From Mycolicibacterium smegmatis (lineage in GTDB: Bacteria; Actinomycetota; Actinomycetes; Mycobacteriales; Mycobacteriaceae): DNA of 32,000 nt. The stretch lies in the NCBI RefSeq assembly GCF_001457595.1, contig NZ_LN831039.1:6690001-6722000 (forward strand), in the 5' to 3' direction. The notes below the pieces were generated by a model. It searched no databases. It worked only from the letters and a program-made list of their open reading frames with translations, and was not told the origin of the DNA. Position numbers and translations under genes: made by a program. Of the stretch, positions 8,509-16,572 are shown piece after piece. Numbering within the stretch: the first letter of the stretch is position 1; each line of letters starts with the position of its first letter.

Positions 8509-9360
8509 TCAGCTCAGCTTGCCGAGCATTTCTGCGTAGTGGTCGATGAACTCGAGCGTCGCCGTGTGGTCGCTGCCCCCGCGGCGCCCACCACCGATGA
8601 CGGTGCGGTTGAACCCCAGGTCGCGATATCGCGCGAGAACGTCGACGCCGGGATCTCCCCACGCCATGATCGTCAGGTCGAGCGTCGCCGGATCGCGACC
8701 CGCATCCTCTGCGGTGCGCCTGAACCGGGTCAGGGCCCGCTCGACGTCGCGCAATGCGGCGTCGCCGGGCAACCACCCGTCGGCCCACGCCAGGCATTCA
8801 CGGATGGCGTTCGGGCCGGTCGCCGCGGCGAGCACCGGGGGCCGTGGCCGCTGGTGCGGTTTGGGGTGCGACCACACGGGGTCGAAGTCGAAGAACTCGC
8901 CGTGATGTTCTGATTCGTCGTCCCGCCACAGCACATCGAGCGCACCGACCATGTCACCGAGCGCACGGTATCTCGCCTGCCACGGGATGCTGGTCGCCAC
9001 CTCGAGTTCGGCGCGGGCCCCCACACCCACCCCGAACAACAGGCGCCCTCCGCTCATGCGGTCCAACGTGGCCACCTGCTTTGCCAGCGTGAACAATTCG
9101 TGTTCCAGCGGCAACGCCACCGCGGTCGCCAGCCGCAATGTCGTGGTGGCCTGCGCGGCCATCATCAGCGACAGCAGCGGATCCCGGATCTGTCTCTGCG
9201 CTCTGAGCAACCCGGGGTGGAACTGGCCGGCCGCGGCGACCGGTATCTGGGGATGCTCACCGACCCAGAGCGATTCGAAGCCGCGGGATTCCAGTTCGCG
9301 GGCGAGCACGTCGGGGGCGAGGTCACGCGGTGTGTTCAGCGAGACGAAACCCAGATCCAT
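8509..9360 (-). CDS. Luciferase-like monooxygenase (LLM) class oxidoreductase, probably F420-dependent
   Basis: MDLGFVSLNTPRDLAPDVLARELESRGFESLWVGEHPQIP is a typical LLM N-terminus. Start reassigned to ATG 9358-9360. Confidence 0.8.
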   Translation of the reverse strand: MDLGFVSLNTPRDLAPDVLARELESRGFESLWVGEHPQIPVAAAGQFHPGLLRAQRQIRDPLLSLMMAAQATTTLRLATAVALPLEHELFTLAKQVATLDRMSGGRLLFGVGVGARAELEVATSIPWQARYRALGDMVGALDVLWRDDESEHHGEFFDFDPVWSHPKPHQRPRPPVLAAATGPNAIRECLAWADGWLPGDAALRDVERALTRFRRTAEDAGRDPATLDLTIMAWGDPGVDVLARYRDLGFNRTVIGGGRRGGSDHTATLEFIDHYAEMLGKLS

Positions 9361-9383
9361 CGAGACTCCATCCGTCGGGTGCT

Positions 9384-9395
9384 GTACGATCGTAC
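9384..9395. promoter_or_regulatory. Perfect 12-bp palindrome GTACGATCGTAC in the 62-bp LLM/P450 divergent intergenic region (candidate operator)
   Basis: Read directly from the sequence; flanked as CTGTACGATCGTACGG. It lies 28 bp upstream of the P450 ATG and 24 bp from the LLM ATG. Confidence 0.4.
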
Positions 9396-9422
9396 GGCAT
9401 ACGCCGGTTGACGAGGAGTGCC

Positions 9423-10613
9423 ATGCGCGTTCTGGACGAGCTGTCCTACGACCCGTACGACGTCGACATCGACGTGGACCCGTACCCCACCTACCGGCGA
9501 CTGCGCGACGAGGCACCGGTGTACTTCAACGACAAGTTCGGGTTCTGGGCTCTGAGCCGGTTCGCCGACGTCGAGGCCGCGTTGCGCGACGTCGACAACT
9601 TGAGCAACGCCAAGGGCGACATCCTGGAAGTGGTCAAGGCCGAGCCCAAAATGCCTCTGGGCGTGTTCATCAACGAGGATCCGCCGCTGCACACCGTGCA
9701 CCGGCTGCTGGTGTCACGCGCATTCACACCACGCAAGATGCGGGCCATCGAAGATCGGATCCGCACGTTCTGCGCGGCCTGCCTCGACCCGTTGACCACC
9801 GGTGACCGCTTCGACTTCACGCTCGACCTCGGCGCAGAGATGCCCATGCGCGTGATCGGCATGCTCATCGGCATCCCGGAGGAGTTGCAGCGCAGCGTCC
9901 GCAAGGTCGCCGGGCAACGTCTGCGCAACAGACCCGGCGAGCCGCTGCCGGTGAGCAAGGACAACTACTTCAACGGCAACATGTTTCGCGACTACGTCGA
10001 ATGGCGTGCGCAGAACCCGTCTGACGATCTGGTCACCGAACTGCTCAACGTGGAGTTCGAGGACGTCTCGGGCACCACGCGCAAACTGTCATCCGAGGAA
10101 CTGCTCGTGTTCCTCGGCGTCATCGCCAACGCAGGCACTGAAACGGTGGGACGGCTGTTCGGCTGGCTGGGCAAGCTGCTCGGCGAGCATCCCGATCAGC
10201 GCCGCGCACTGGTGGCCGATCCGTCGCTGATACCCGGTGCGGTGGAAGAGGTTCTGCGCTACGAACCTCCCGTGCACAACATCGCGCGCTACGTGTCGGC
10301 CGACGTCGACTACCACGGGCAGACCATCCCGGCGGGAAGTGCGTTGCTGCTCATGACCGGTGCGGCCAACCGCGACGAGCGCCGGTTCGATGACCCCGAC
10401 CGGTTCGACATCCGCCGCAGCCCCAATCACCTGTCGTTCGGCCGTGGCGCCCACTTCTGCCTGGGCGCCTCACTGGCCCGCGTCGAGGGCCGCGTCGCGC
10501 TCGAAGAGATCCTCAAGCGCTGGCCCGACTGGACCGTGGACATGGGCAACGCTGTGCGCGCGCCCACGGCGACCGTGCGGGGCTGGGACAGCATGCCCGC
10601 CATCGTGGGCTGA
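9423..10613 (+). CDS. Cytochrome P450
   Basis: Heme-binding loop FGRGAHFCLGASLAR and ExxR motif (EEVLRYEPP). ATG 9423 is preceded by GAGGAG. Confidence 0.9.
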   Translation: MRVLDELSYDPYDVDIDVDPYPTYRRLRDEAPVYFNDKFGFWALSRFADVEAALRDVDNLSNAKGDILEVVKAEPKMPLGVFINEDPPLHTVHRLLVSRAFTPRKMRAIEDRIRTFCAACLDPLTTGDRFDFTLDLGAEMPMRVIGMLIGIPEELQRSVRKVAGQRLRNRPGEPLPVSKDNYFNGNMFRDYVEWRAQNPSDDLVTELLNVEFEDVSGTTRKLSSEELLVFLGVIANAGTETVGRLFGWLGKLLGEHPDQRRALVADPSLIPGAVEEVLRYEPPVHNIARYVSADVDYHGQTIPAGSALLLMTGAANRDERRFDDPDRFDIRRSPNHLSFGRGAHFCLGASLARVEGRVALEEILKRWPDWTVDMGNAVRAPTATVRGWDSMPAIVG

Positions 10614-10618
10614 CGTCT

Positions 10619-11398
10619 CTACCGGCGCACGGGCACGTTGAGCCGGGCGTCGGGGCAGTCGACGTCGGCGAACCGCATGGGTGTGGGCGCCTTGCCGTGT
10701 TGCACCACCCAGCAGGCCCCGGTGTCGGCCAAGGGCGCCGCCACGGCGGCCATGACCGCGTCGGCGATCGCCTCGGGTTCCATCACGGGCACGCCGATGC
10801 GCTCGACCAGCGGCCTGCGGTCGCCGAGCACACCGGTCTCGGTGATGCCTGGACAGATGGTGTGCACCGCGATGCCCTCGGCGGCGAGATTCGGTGCGAC
10901 CGAACGCATCAGGCCGACAACGCCGTGCTTGCCGAGTGAGTACACCGGATCGGGATGCCACGGCAGTATGCCGGCCAGCGACGCCGTGGCGAGGATGGCC
11001 CGGTCGGCGCCTGGCCGCGAACGCATGGTGCGCACCGCCGCGACGACGCCGTACACCACACCGTCGAGGTTGACACCGACCGACCTGCGATAATCGGTCA
11101 GATCGAGCGCCCCGATGTCGCCGGACCAGGCAATTGTGATGCCCGCGTTGAGAAATGCCACATCCACGCCGCCGAGTTCGGTGGCACAGCGGTCGAAGGT
11201 CACGTTCACCTGGTCCGGGTCCGACACGTCGCACGTCAGCGCCAGGCCACCGAGCGGTTCGGCCACCTCGCGCGCGGCATCACCGTCGATGTCGACGACG
11301 CACACCCGCATGCCATGGGCGGCGAGTCGTTGCGCGGCGGCCCGTCCGATGCCGGACCCGCCGCCGGTGACGAGCGCGACGCGGTCTTGGAGTTCCAC
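10619..11398 (-). CDS. SDR-family oxidoreductase
   Basis: N-terminal TGGGSGIG cofactor motif. 259 aa with a GTG start. Last gene of the four-gene minus-strand operon. Confidence 0.85.
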   Translation of the reverse strand: MELQDRVALVTGGGSGIGRAAAQRLAAHGMRVCVVDIDGDAAREVAEPLGGLALTCDVSDPDQVNVTFDRCATELGGVDVAFLNAGITIAWSGDIGALDLTDYRRSVGVNLDGVVYGVVAAVRTMRSRPGADRAILATASLAGILPWHPDPVYSLGKHGVVGLMRSVAPNLAAEGIAVHTICPGITETGVLGDRRPLVERIGVPVMEPEAIADAVMAAVAAPLADTGACWVVQHGKAPTPMRFADVDCPDARLNVPVRR

Positions 11399-11401
11399 GC
11401 G

Positions 11402-11959
11402 CTACCAGCGGTTGACCGGTTCGGTGTCGAGGTGCAGCGGACGCGCGTACGACGGATCGGTGCGGTCCCACGTGCCCTTGATGAAGCCTTGTACCGCACC
11501 GCTTCCCAGCACCGACGAGTCGCCGCTGATCATCCACTCGATGGTGCAGCGTCGCAGCGCGATCTTCCAGACACCGTTGCGCCGCTCGAGGCGGTCGAGG
11601 TAGCGGCCGCCCATCAGCGAGACGATCTTGCCGCCCTTGACACGCATCGCGCCCATCACATAGCTCTCGGCGTGCGCCTCGTCGCCGTTGATCTCGCACG
11701 TGTGGGTCGTGATGTTGTGCAGGTGGTCCTCGAAGACGGCCTCGTGCTGACCGTTCATGTACTCGCCGTACTCGGGACCGGTCTTGATCACCGGACCGTG
11801 CTCGTCGACGCCGTCCTCGAAGTACACACTGGTCATGAGTTCGACGTCGTGGCGGTCGTGTCCGCGGGCCTGGTTCATGACGCAGTCGAGGATCGCCATG
11901 CGGTCCTCGACGTACTGAAGGCGTTCGCGAAGTTGCTTGATCTCGTCGTCACTGCTCAC
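11402..11959 (-). CDS. NTF2-like / SnoaL_4-type protein
   Basis: 185 aa. LQYVEDRMAILDCVMNQARGHDRHDVELMTSVYFEDG is typical of SnoaL-like NTF2-fold proteins. GTG start with GAAAGGA upstream; 3-bp gap to the next gene. Confidence 0.7.
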   Translation of the reverse strand: MSSDDEIKQLRERLQYVEDRMAILDCVMNQARGHDRHDVELMTSVYFEDGVDEHGPVIKTGPEYGEYMNGQHEAVFEDHLHNITTHTCEINGDEAHAESYVMGAMRVKGGKIVSLMGGRYLDRLERRNGVWKIALRRCTIEWMISGDSSVLGSGAVQGFIKGTWDRTDPSYARPLHLDTEPVNRW

Positions 11960-11991
11960 AGGTGGTCCTTTCTCAAAGTGGCGCGGTGGGA

Positions 11992-12414
11992 TCAGGTCGG
12001 TGCGACGGGACGCACGCTGGTGTGGATCAGCTCGATGAGTTGCCCTTCGGGATCGCGTACCAGGCAGGCGTATCCGCCGTCGGAGACGATCACCCCACCG
12101 GCGTCCCGGACGGCGTCCCGCACCGCGGAGACGTCGTCGACCGCGAGCGACAGGTGTGTCAGACCCGAATTGACCATGCTGCGTTCAGGTTCCTCCGGCG
12201 CCGGATATCCGCCGAACGTGAGCAGTTGCAACACGAAGCCGTCCTTCTCCAGATAGGCCGCCTCGAAACCGATCGGCGGATCGAGTCCCAGCAGACCTCC
12301 GGCGATCTTGTCCGGCAGGGTCAATCGCTTCGCCTCGGTGAATCCGATGGCCTCGTAGAACTTCTTGGACGTCTCGATGTCGCGGACCCGCAGCCCGACG
12401 TGGCTCACGCTCAT
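11992..12414 (-). CDS. VOC (glyoxalase/bleomycin-resistance/dioxygenase) family protein
   Basis: MSVSHVGLRVRDIETSKKFYEAIGF is a classic VOC N-terminus. 140 aa. Confidence 0.8.
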   Translation of the reverse strand: MSVSHVGLRVRDIETSKKFYEAIGFTEAKRLTLPDKIAGGLLGLDPPIGFEAAYLEKDGFVLQLLTFGGYPAPEEPERSMVNSGLTHLSLAVDDVSAVRDAVRDAGGVIVSDGGYACLVRDPEGQLIELIHTSVRPVAPT

Positions 12415-12420
12415 CGCGCG

Positions 12421-13194
12421 TCACACTCCCGCCGGGCCGGGGCCGCCGTGCATGTAGAGCGTCTGACCCGAGCAGTAGCTCGACGCGTCCGAGGCGAAGA
12501 ACAGTACGCCGTAGCCGATCTCGTCGGGTTCTGCGATGCGCCCGGAGCCGTTGGTCTGACCGATCATGTCGATGTCGAAGCCCTGCCGCGCGGCGTCGGC
12601 CTCAAGGCCCGGGGTGCGGATGGCCCCGCACGCGATGCAGTTGACCCGCACGCCTTTACGGGTCCAGGCCGCGGCCATCGATCCCGTGAGGTTGTTCAGG
12701 CCGGCCTTGGCCGCGCCGTAGATCGCGGCCTGCGGCATCGCCAGCAGGCTCGCTCCTGAGGAGATGTTGACGATCGACCCTTTGCCTTGGGAGAGCATGG
12801 GTTTGACTGCGGCACGCGACAGGTACCACGCGCTGGACAGGTTGAGGTCGAGCACCTGGCGCCACTCGTCGTCGGTCCATTTCATGAGCGACTTGGTCTC
12901 GCCGCCGCCGGCGTTGTTCAGCAGGATGTCGAGCCGGCCGAACTCGTCGACGGTGGCGTCGACAAGGGACCGGCACGCCTCGGGATCGGTGACATCGGTC
13001 GGGACCGCCAGTGCGCGCCGGCCCAGAGCCTCGATCTCGGTCGCGGTGTTCTTGAGCGGTTCGAGGCGGCGGCCGGCCAGGACGATGTCCGCGCCGTGTT
13101 CTGCCAGCACGAGCGCGGATGCGCGGCCGATACCTGTTCCGCCGCCGGTGATCACCGCGACGCGTCCCTCCAACGAAAATCTGCTGACCGCCAC
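12421..13194 (-). CDS. SDR-family oxidoreductase
   Basis: LEGRVAVITGGGTGIGRA cofactor motif and catalytic YGAAKAG. Start reassigned to in-frame GTG at 13192-13194 with GAAAGGA upstream. The upstream 123 codons of the track ORF look like non-coding shadow. Confidence 0.8.
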   Translation of the reverse strand: MAVSRFSLEGRVAVITGGGTGIGRASALVLAEHGADIVLAGRRLEPLKNTATEIEALGRRALAVPTDVTDPEACRSLVDATVDEFGRLDILLNNAGGGETKSLMKWTDDEWRQVLDLNLSSAWYLSRAAVKPMLSQGKGSIVNISSGASLLAMPQAAIYGAAKAGLNNLTGSMAAAWTRKGVRVNCIACGAIRTPGLEADAARQGFDIDMIGQTNGSGRIAEPDEIGYGVLFFASDASSYCSGQTLYMHGGPGPAGV

Positions 13195-13243
13195 CGCATG
13201 TCCTTTCCGTGGCCGTTGTCGGTAACCCCCGAATGCAATACGA

Positions 13244-13251
13244 CTGTACAG
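13244..13251. repeat. 8-bp palindrome CTGTACAG in the SDR/nitroreductase divergent region
   Basis: Read directly. It shares the CTGTAC half-site with the 9382-9397 palindrome. Confidence 0.3.
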
Positions 13252-13302
13252 CACCCGGCCGCGCACACAAGTCCCAATTCCGTCGACAGAATCTGCTCGG
13301 AC

Positions 13303-13328
13303 ACTCGACATCTCGGTCCCCGTCGAGT
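13303..13328. promoter_or_regulatory. Inverted repeat ACTCGAC-N12-GTCGAGT ending 12 nt upstream of the nitroreductase ATG
   Basis: 7-bp perfect arms read directly from the sequence. Candidate TetR operator or 5'-UTR hairpin. Confidence 0.3.
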
Positions 13329-13339
13329 ACACCGATGGA

Positions 13340-14011
13340 ATGCCACAGCCGACAAACGACGTCTGGGAAGTGCTGTCCACGGCCCGATCGATCCGCCGGT
13401 TCACCGACGAACCCGTCGACGACGCGACGCTGCACCGCTGCCTGCAGGCCGCGGCGTGGGCACCCAACGGCGCGAACGCGCAACTGTGGCGGTTCGTTGT
13501 GCTCGACGCGCCCGAGCAGCGCGCCGCGGTCGCCGAGGCCGCGCGGTCCGCTCTCGCGACCATCGAGTCGATCTACGGCATGAGTCGCCCCGCCGACGAC
13601 GATCACAGCCGCGCGGCACGCAACAACCGTGCCACCTACGAATTGCACGACCGGGCAGGAGAACTCACGTCGGTGCTGTTCGTCGCCTACAAGAACGAGT
13701 TCGCCTCCGACTACCTGCAGGCCGGGTCCATCTACCCCGCGATGCAGAACTTCTACCTGGCCGCCCGCGCACAGGGCCTGGGCGCGTGCTTCACCAGCTG
13801 GGCGGCCTACCAGGGCGAGCAGATCCTGCGTGACGCGGTGGGGGTTCCCGCCGAGTGGTTTCTGGCCGGGCACGTCGTGATCGGCCGGCCGCGGGGCCGG
13901 CACGGCCCGGTGCGGCGTCGCCCCCTCGATGACGTGGTGTTCCGCAACACCTGGGACGCCGCGCGTGCAGACATCGTCTACGGCCAGGGTGCCCGCCCGT
14001 CGCGGACATGA
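13340..14011 (+). CDS. Nitroreductase-family (FMN-dependent) protein
   Basis: VWEVLSTARSIRRFTDEPVDDATLHRCLQAAAWAPNGANAQLWRFVVL is a typical nitroreductase N-terminal signature. 223 aa. Confidence 0.85.
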   Translation: MPQPTNDVWEVLSTARSIRRFTDEPVDDATLHRCLQAAAWAPNGANAQLWRFVVLDAPEQRAAVAEAARSALATIESIYGMSRPADDDHSRAARNNRATYELHDRAGELTSVLFVAYKNEFASDYLQAGSIYPAMQNFYLAARAQGLGACFTSWAAYQGEQILRDAVGVPAEWFLAGHVVIGRPRGRHGPVRRRPLDDVVFRNTWDAARADIVYGQGARPSRT

Positions 14012-14013
14012 GC

Positions 14014-14030
14014 GACACCGCGCGGGTGTC
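14014..14030. repeat. Hairpin-forming inverted repeat GACACC-gcgcg-GGTGTC between the nitroreductase stop and the TetR start
   Basis: 6-bp stem and 5-nt loop read directly, with no U-tract. Could be an attenuator, an I-shaped terminator or an operator. Confidence 0.25.
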
Positions 14031-14072
14031 ACCCGGATGTCAGAATGAGGCAATCCGAGCGAGCGAGGAGAT

Positions 14073-14684
14073 ATGGCAGCAAGTGCGCGGCGCGTCGGCG
14101 CCGAGACGTCGAAGACCAGGGACACCTTGCTCGATCATGTCGAGCAGATGATGCTCGGCGAGGGGTACGCGAGCGTGTCCTACCGCGCGCTGGCCTCGGC
14201 CGCCGGTGTCACCCCGAGCCTCGTGCAGTACTACTTCCCCACGCTCGACGACATCTTCCTGGCCGCGATCCGGCGGTACTCCGAGCGCAACCTCGCGCAG
14301 TTGCAGAAGGCGCTCGCGGCGCGGATCGACGATCCGCTGCGGGCCCTGTGGGAATACAGCCGCAGCGAGGCGACGGGTGCGCTCATGACCGAGTTCATGG
14401 CGCTGGGCAACCACCGCAAATCGATCCGCGCCGAGATCGCCGAGGTCACCGAACGTGGCCGCAAGATCCAGCTCGACGCTCTGGTCGCGAAGTTCGGCAA
14501 GGACGCGCGCCCCGGCGGGCACTTCTCGCTACCCGCACTGCTGCTGCTCATCTCGGGCCTGCCGAAGTTCCTCAGTCTCGAGGAGGGCATCGGCGTCAAG
14601 ACCGCGCACAAGGAAGTCACGGCGGCCTTCGAGAAGTACCTGGACGAGATCGAGCCGACACCCAGGCGCAAGCGATCGCGCTGA
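14073..14684 (+). CDS. TetR/AcrR-family transcriptional regulator
   Basis: N-terminal HTH region TRDTLLDHVEQMMLGEGYASVSYRALASAAGVTPSLVQYYFPT. GAGGAG lies upstream of the ATG. Confidence 0.85.
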   Translation: MAASARRVGAETSKTRDTLLDHVEQMMLGEGYASVSYRALASAAGVTPSLVQYYFPTLDDIFLAAIRRYSERNLAQLQKALAARIDDPLRALWEYSRSEATGALMTEFMALGNHRKSIRAEIAEVTERGRKIQLDALVAKFGKDARPGGHFSLPALLLLISGLPKFLSLEEGIGVKTAHKEVTAAFEKYLDEIEPTPRRKRSR

Positions 14685-14730
14685 GGCTATCCTGCCGAGC
14701 TGTAGGCGAATTCGTTTCGAGGAGGCAACG

Positions 14731-15081
14731 ATGAGTGACCACGAAGTGAAGATGGTCGTGCTGTCGACGGAGAACCTTGACGAGTCGATCAAGTTCTACG
14801 AGACCCTCGGATTCTCGCTCAAGTTCCGCGACGGTGCGCACTTTGCCGCTCTCGACGGCGGAGCGGTCACACTGGCCCTGGCCACGCCGGTCGATCACCC
14901 CATCCCGGGCAAGGTGGTGGTCGGCATCAAGACAGCCGACGTCGACGCGGCTGCCAAGGAGATCGAGGCCACCGGAGGCGCCATCATCAAGGGCCCGTAC
15001 GACGACGCGCACGAACGTCGTGCCGTGGTGTACGACAACACCGGCAACGGTCTGGTCTTCTACAGCCCGCTCAAGCGCTGA
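14731..15081 (+). CDS. Small VOC/glyoxalase-family protein
   Basis: 116 aa from ATG 14731, preceded by GGAGG. LSTENLDESIKFYETLGF is a VOC-type N-terminus. The 5' part of track ORF 14455..15081 overlaps tetR. Confidence 0.75.
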   Translation: MSDHEVKMVVLSTENLDESIKFYETLGFSLKFRDGAHFAALDGGAVTLALATPVDHPIPGKVVVGIKTADVDAAAKEIEATGGAIIKGPYDDAHERRAVVYDNTGNGLVFYSPLKR

Positions 15082-15970
15082 TCGCGGCGTAACCCACGTC
15101 GTCCACGCTGGTCGCCGTCACCGGTACGGCGGCCAGCAACGACGTCAGCACGTGTCCGGGTGGCATCTCGACGGTGCGCTGAACCCCGAGTTCGGGCAGC
15201 ACCTGCGCGATGTCGTACCACTGCACGGGTTTTGCCACCGATTCGGCCAGGTCCCTCAGGACCGCGTCGGCATCGTCGACGATGCGCCGCGCGCCGACGT
15301 TGGTGAGGTACGCGGCGCTCTGGTGCCGGCGGGGAACGGCCGCAAGGCGTTCGGCGATCACGGTCGCCGTGCGCGCCTGCACCGGTCCGTGTGACGCGAC
15401 CGCCACGTCGAGCATCTCGAATCGCCGGGCACCCATGCGCCGCGCGGCTGCGCGCGCGTCACGCAACCCGTCGACGGTGCCGCCCAGCACCACCTGATCG
15501 GCCGCGTTGATGTTGGCGATCCACACCGTGGCGCGCGCCTCGGCGACCAGTGCGCCGGCCGCGCGTTGTCCCATCCCGGTCACCGCGGCCATGCCCCACT
15601 CCCCCGGCGCGCACGCCGCCTCCATTGCCGCTGCCCTGACCCCGACGGCGTCGAGTGCCTCGTGGAAGGTCAGGACACCCGCCGCCACCGCGGCCGCGAA
15701 CGCACCCGCCGAGTGCCCGGCCGTGACGCCGGGCCGGACGCCGTACACCTCGTCGAGTGTGCGTGTTGCCGCCACGCCGCAGATCAGCAACGCCAGTTGG
15801 GCGTTTCGTGTCGATGCGAGCCCGTCGGCGGTGTCCAGGTACCCAAGACCACCCAGCGCGTCCGATGCCTCGTCGAGCACCCGTCGTGTCGCGGAGGTGG
15901 GCGGCAGCGCGGCGATCATGCCTGCCCGCTGCGATCCCTGACCCGGATACAGGAAGGCCGGGCGGTTCAC
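15071..15970 (-). CDS. mdcH: Malonate decarboxylase epsilon subunit (malonyl-CoA:ACP transacylase)
   Basis: FLYPGQGSQRAGM and GHSAGAF acyltransferase motifs. GTG start at 15968-15970 overlaps the mdcG stop as GTGA. The upstream 234 codons of the 533-aa track ORF are Arg-rich shadow over mdcG. Confidence 0.85.
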   Translation of the reverse strand: MNRPAFLYPGQGSQRAGMIAALPPTSATRRVLDEASDALGGLGYLDTADGLASTRNAQLALLICGVAATRTLDEVYGVRPGVTAGHSAGAFAAAVAAGVLTFHEALDAVGVRAAAMEAACAPGEWGMAAVTGMGQRAAGALVAEARATVWIANINAADQVVLGGTVDGLRDARAAARRMGARRFEMLDVAVASHGPVQARTATVIAERLAAVPRRHQSAAYLTNVGARRIVDDADAVLRDLAESVAKPVQWYDIAQVLPELGVQRTVEMPPGHVLTSLLAAVPVTATSVDDVGYAAISA

Positions 15971-16572
15971 GGCCACAACCGGTGTGACTCGACCAGGACC
16001 GGCCCGTCGCGGGTCTTGAGCAGCACCCGGTCGGCTTTCACCACCTCGGCCAGGGCGAGCGCGCCCGCGGGGAGGTCGATCTGACAGTCGACCCGGGCCG
16101 GTAGCCGCTCGAATGCGCGATGCCAATCGGTCAGGACGTCGAGTGGCGGCAGGCTGGCGACGCGGACGACGAGATCGAGATCGCTGGCCGCGGTGACCGC
16201 AATGTGACCGGTCGCGAGCGTGAAGCCGGTGCTCCCGGTCGGCCCCCAGGGCAACCCGGCCGGGCCGAGGACATCCGCGGCGCCGCGCAACGCGGCAGCG
16301 GCGGGGACGTCCGGCAGAGTCGCGGCGCGGCTCAGCAGGTCTGGCGGCGAAAGGCTTTCGACGACGCACGACGTGTGCATCTCGGTGCCGTACCGTCGCG
16401 CCCGGCCGGTGCCCCGTATGCCCACCGCCACGCGACCGGATGCCGCACGACCACGCCGCACCACGACCCACGGTGTCACCGCCAGCGCTGCTGCCACCCA
16501 TGACGGCGCATCCCCGGACAGTCGCGCGACGTCGGCGATACGCAACAGGTCGTGCGGCCGGTGACCGGTCAT
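15967..16572 (-). CDS. mdcG: Malonate decarboxylase holo-ACP synthase (phosphoribosyl-dephospho-CoA transferase)
   Basis: N-terminus HRPHDLLRI...APSWV...TPWVVVRRG...VAVGIRG resembles MdcG. ATG 16570-16572 overlaps the mdcD-E stop as ATGA. Confidence 0.8.
   Translation of the reverse strand: MTGHRPHDLLRIADVARLSGDAPSWVAAALAVTPWVVVRRGRAASGRVAVGIRGTGRARRYGTEMHTSCVVESLSPPDLLSRAATLPDVPAAAALRGAADVLGPAGLPWGPTGSTGFTLATGHIAVTAASDLDLVVRVASLPPLDVLTDWHRAFERLPARVDCQIDLPAGALALAEVVKADRVLLKTRDGPVLVESHRLWP

Noticed and set aside
12656-14125. 489-aa (-) ORF crossing the SDR, the divergent promoter and the nitroreductase gene; also 12787..13833 (+)
   Set aside because: They span two well-supported genes on opposite strands plus an intergenic region, and their translations are Arg/Pro/Gly-rich low-complexity sequence.
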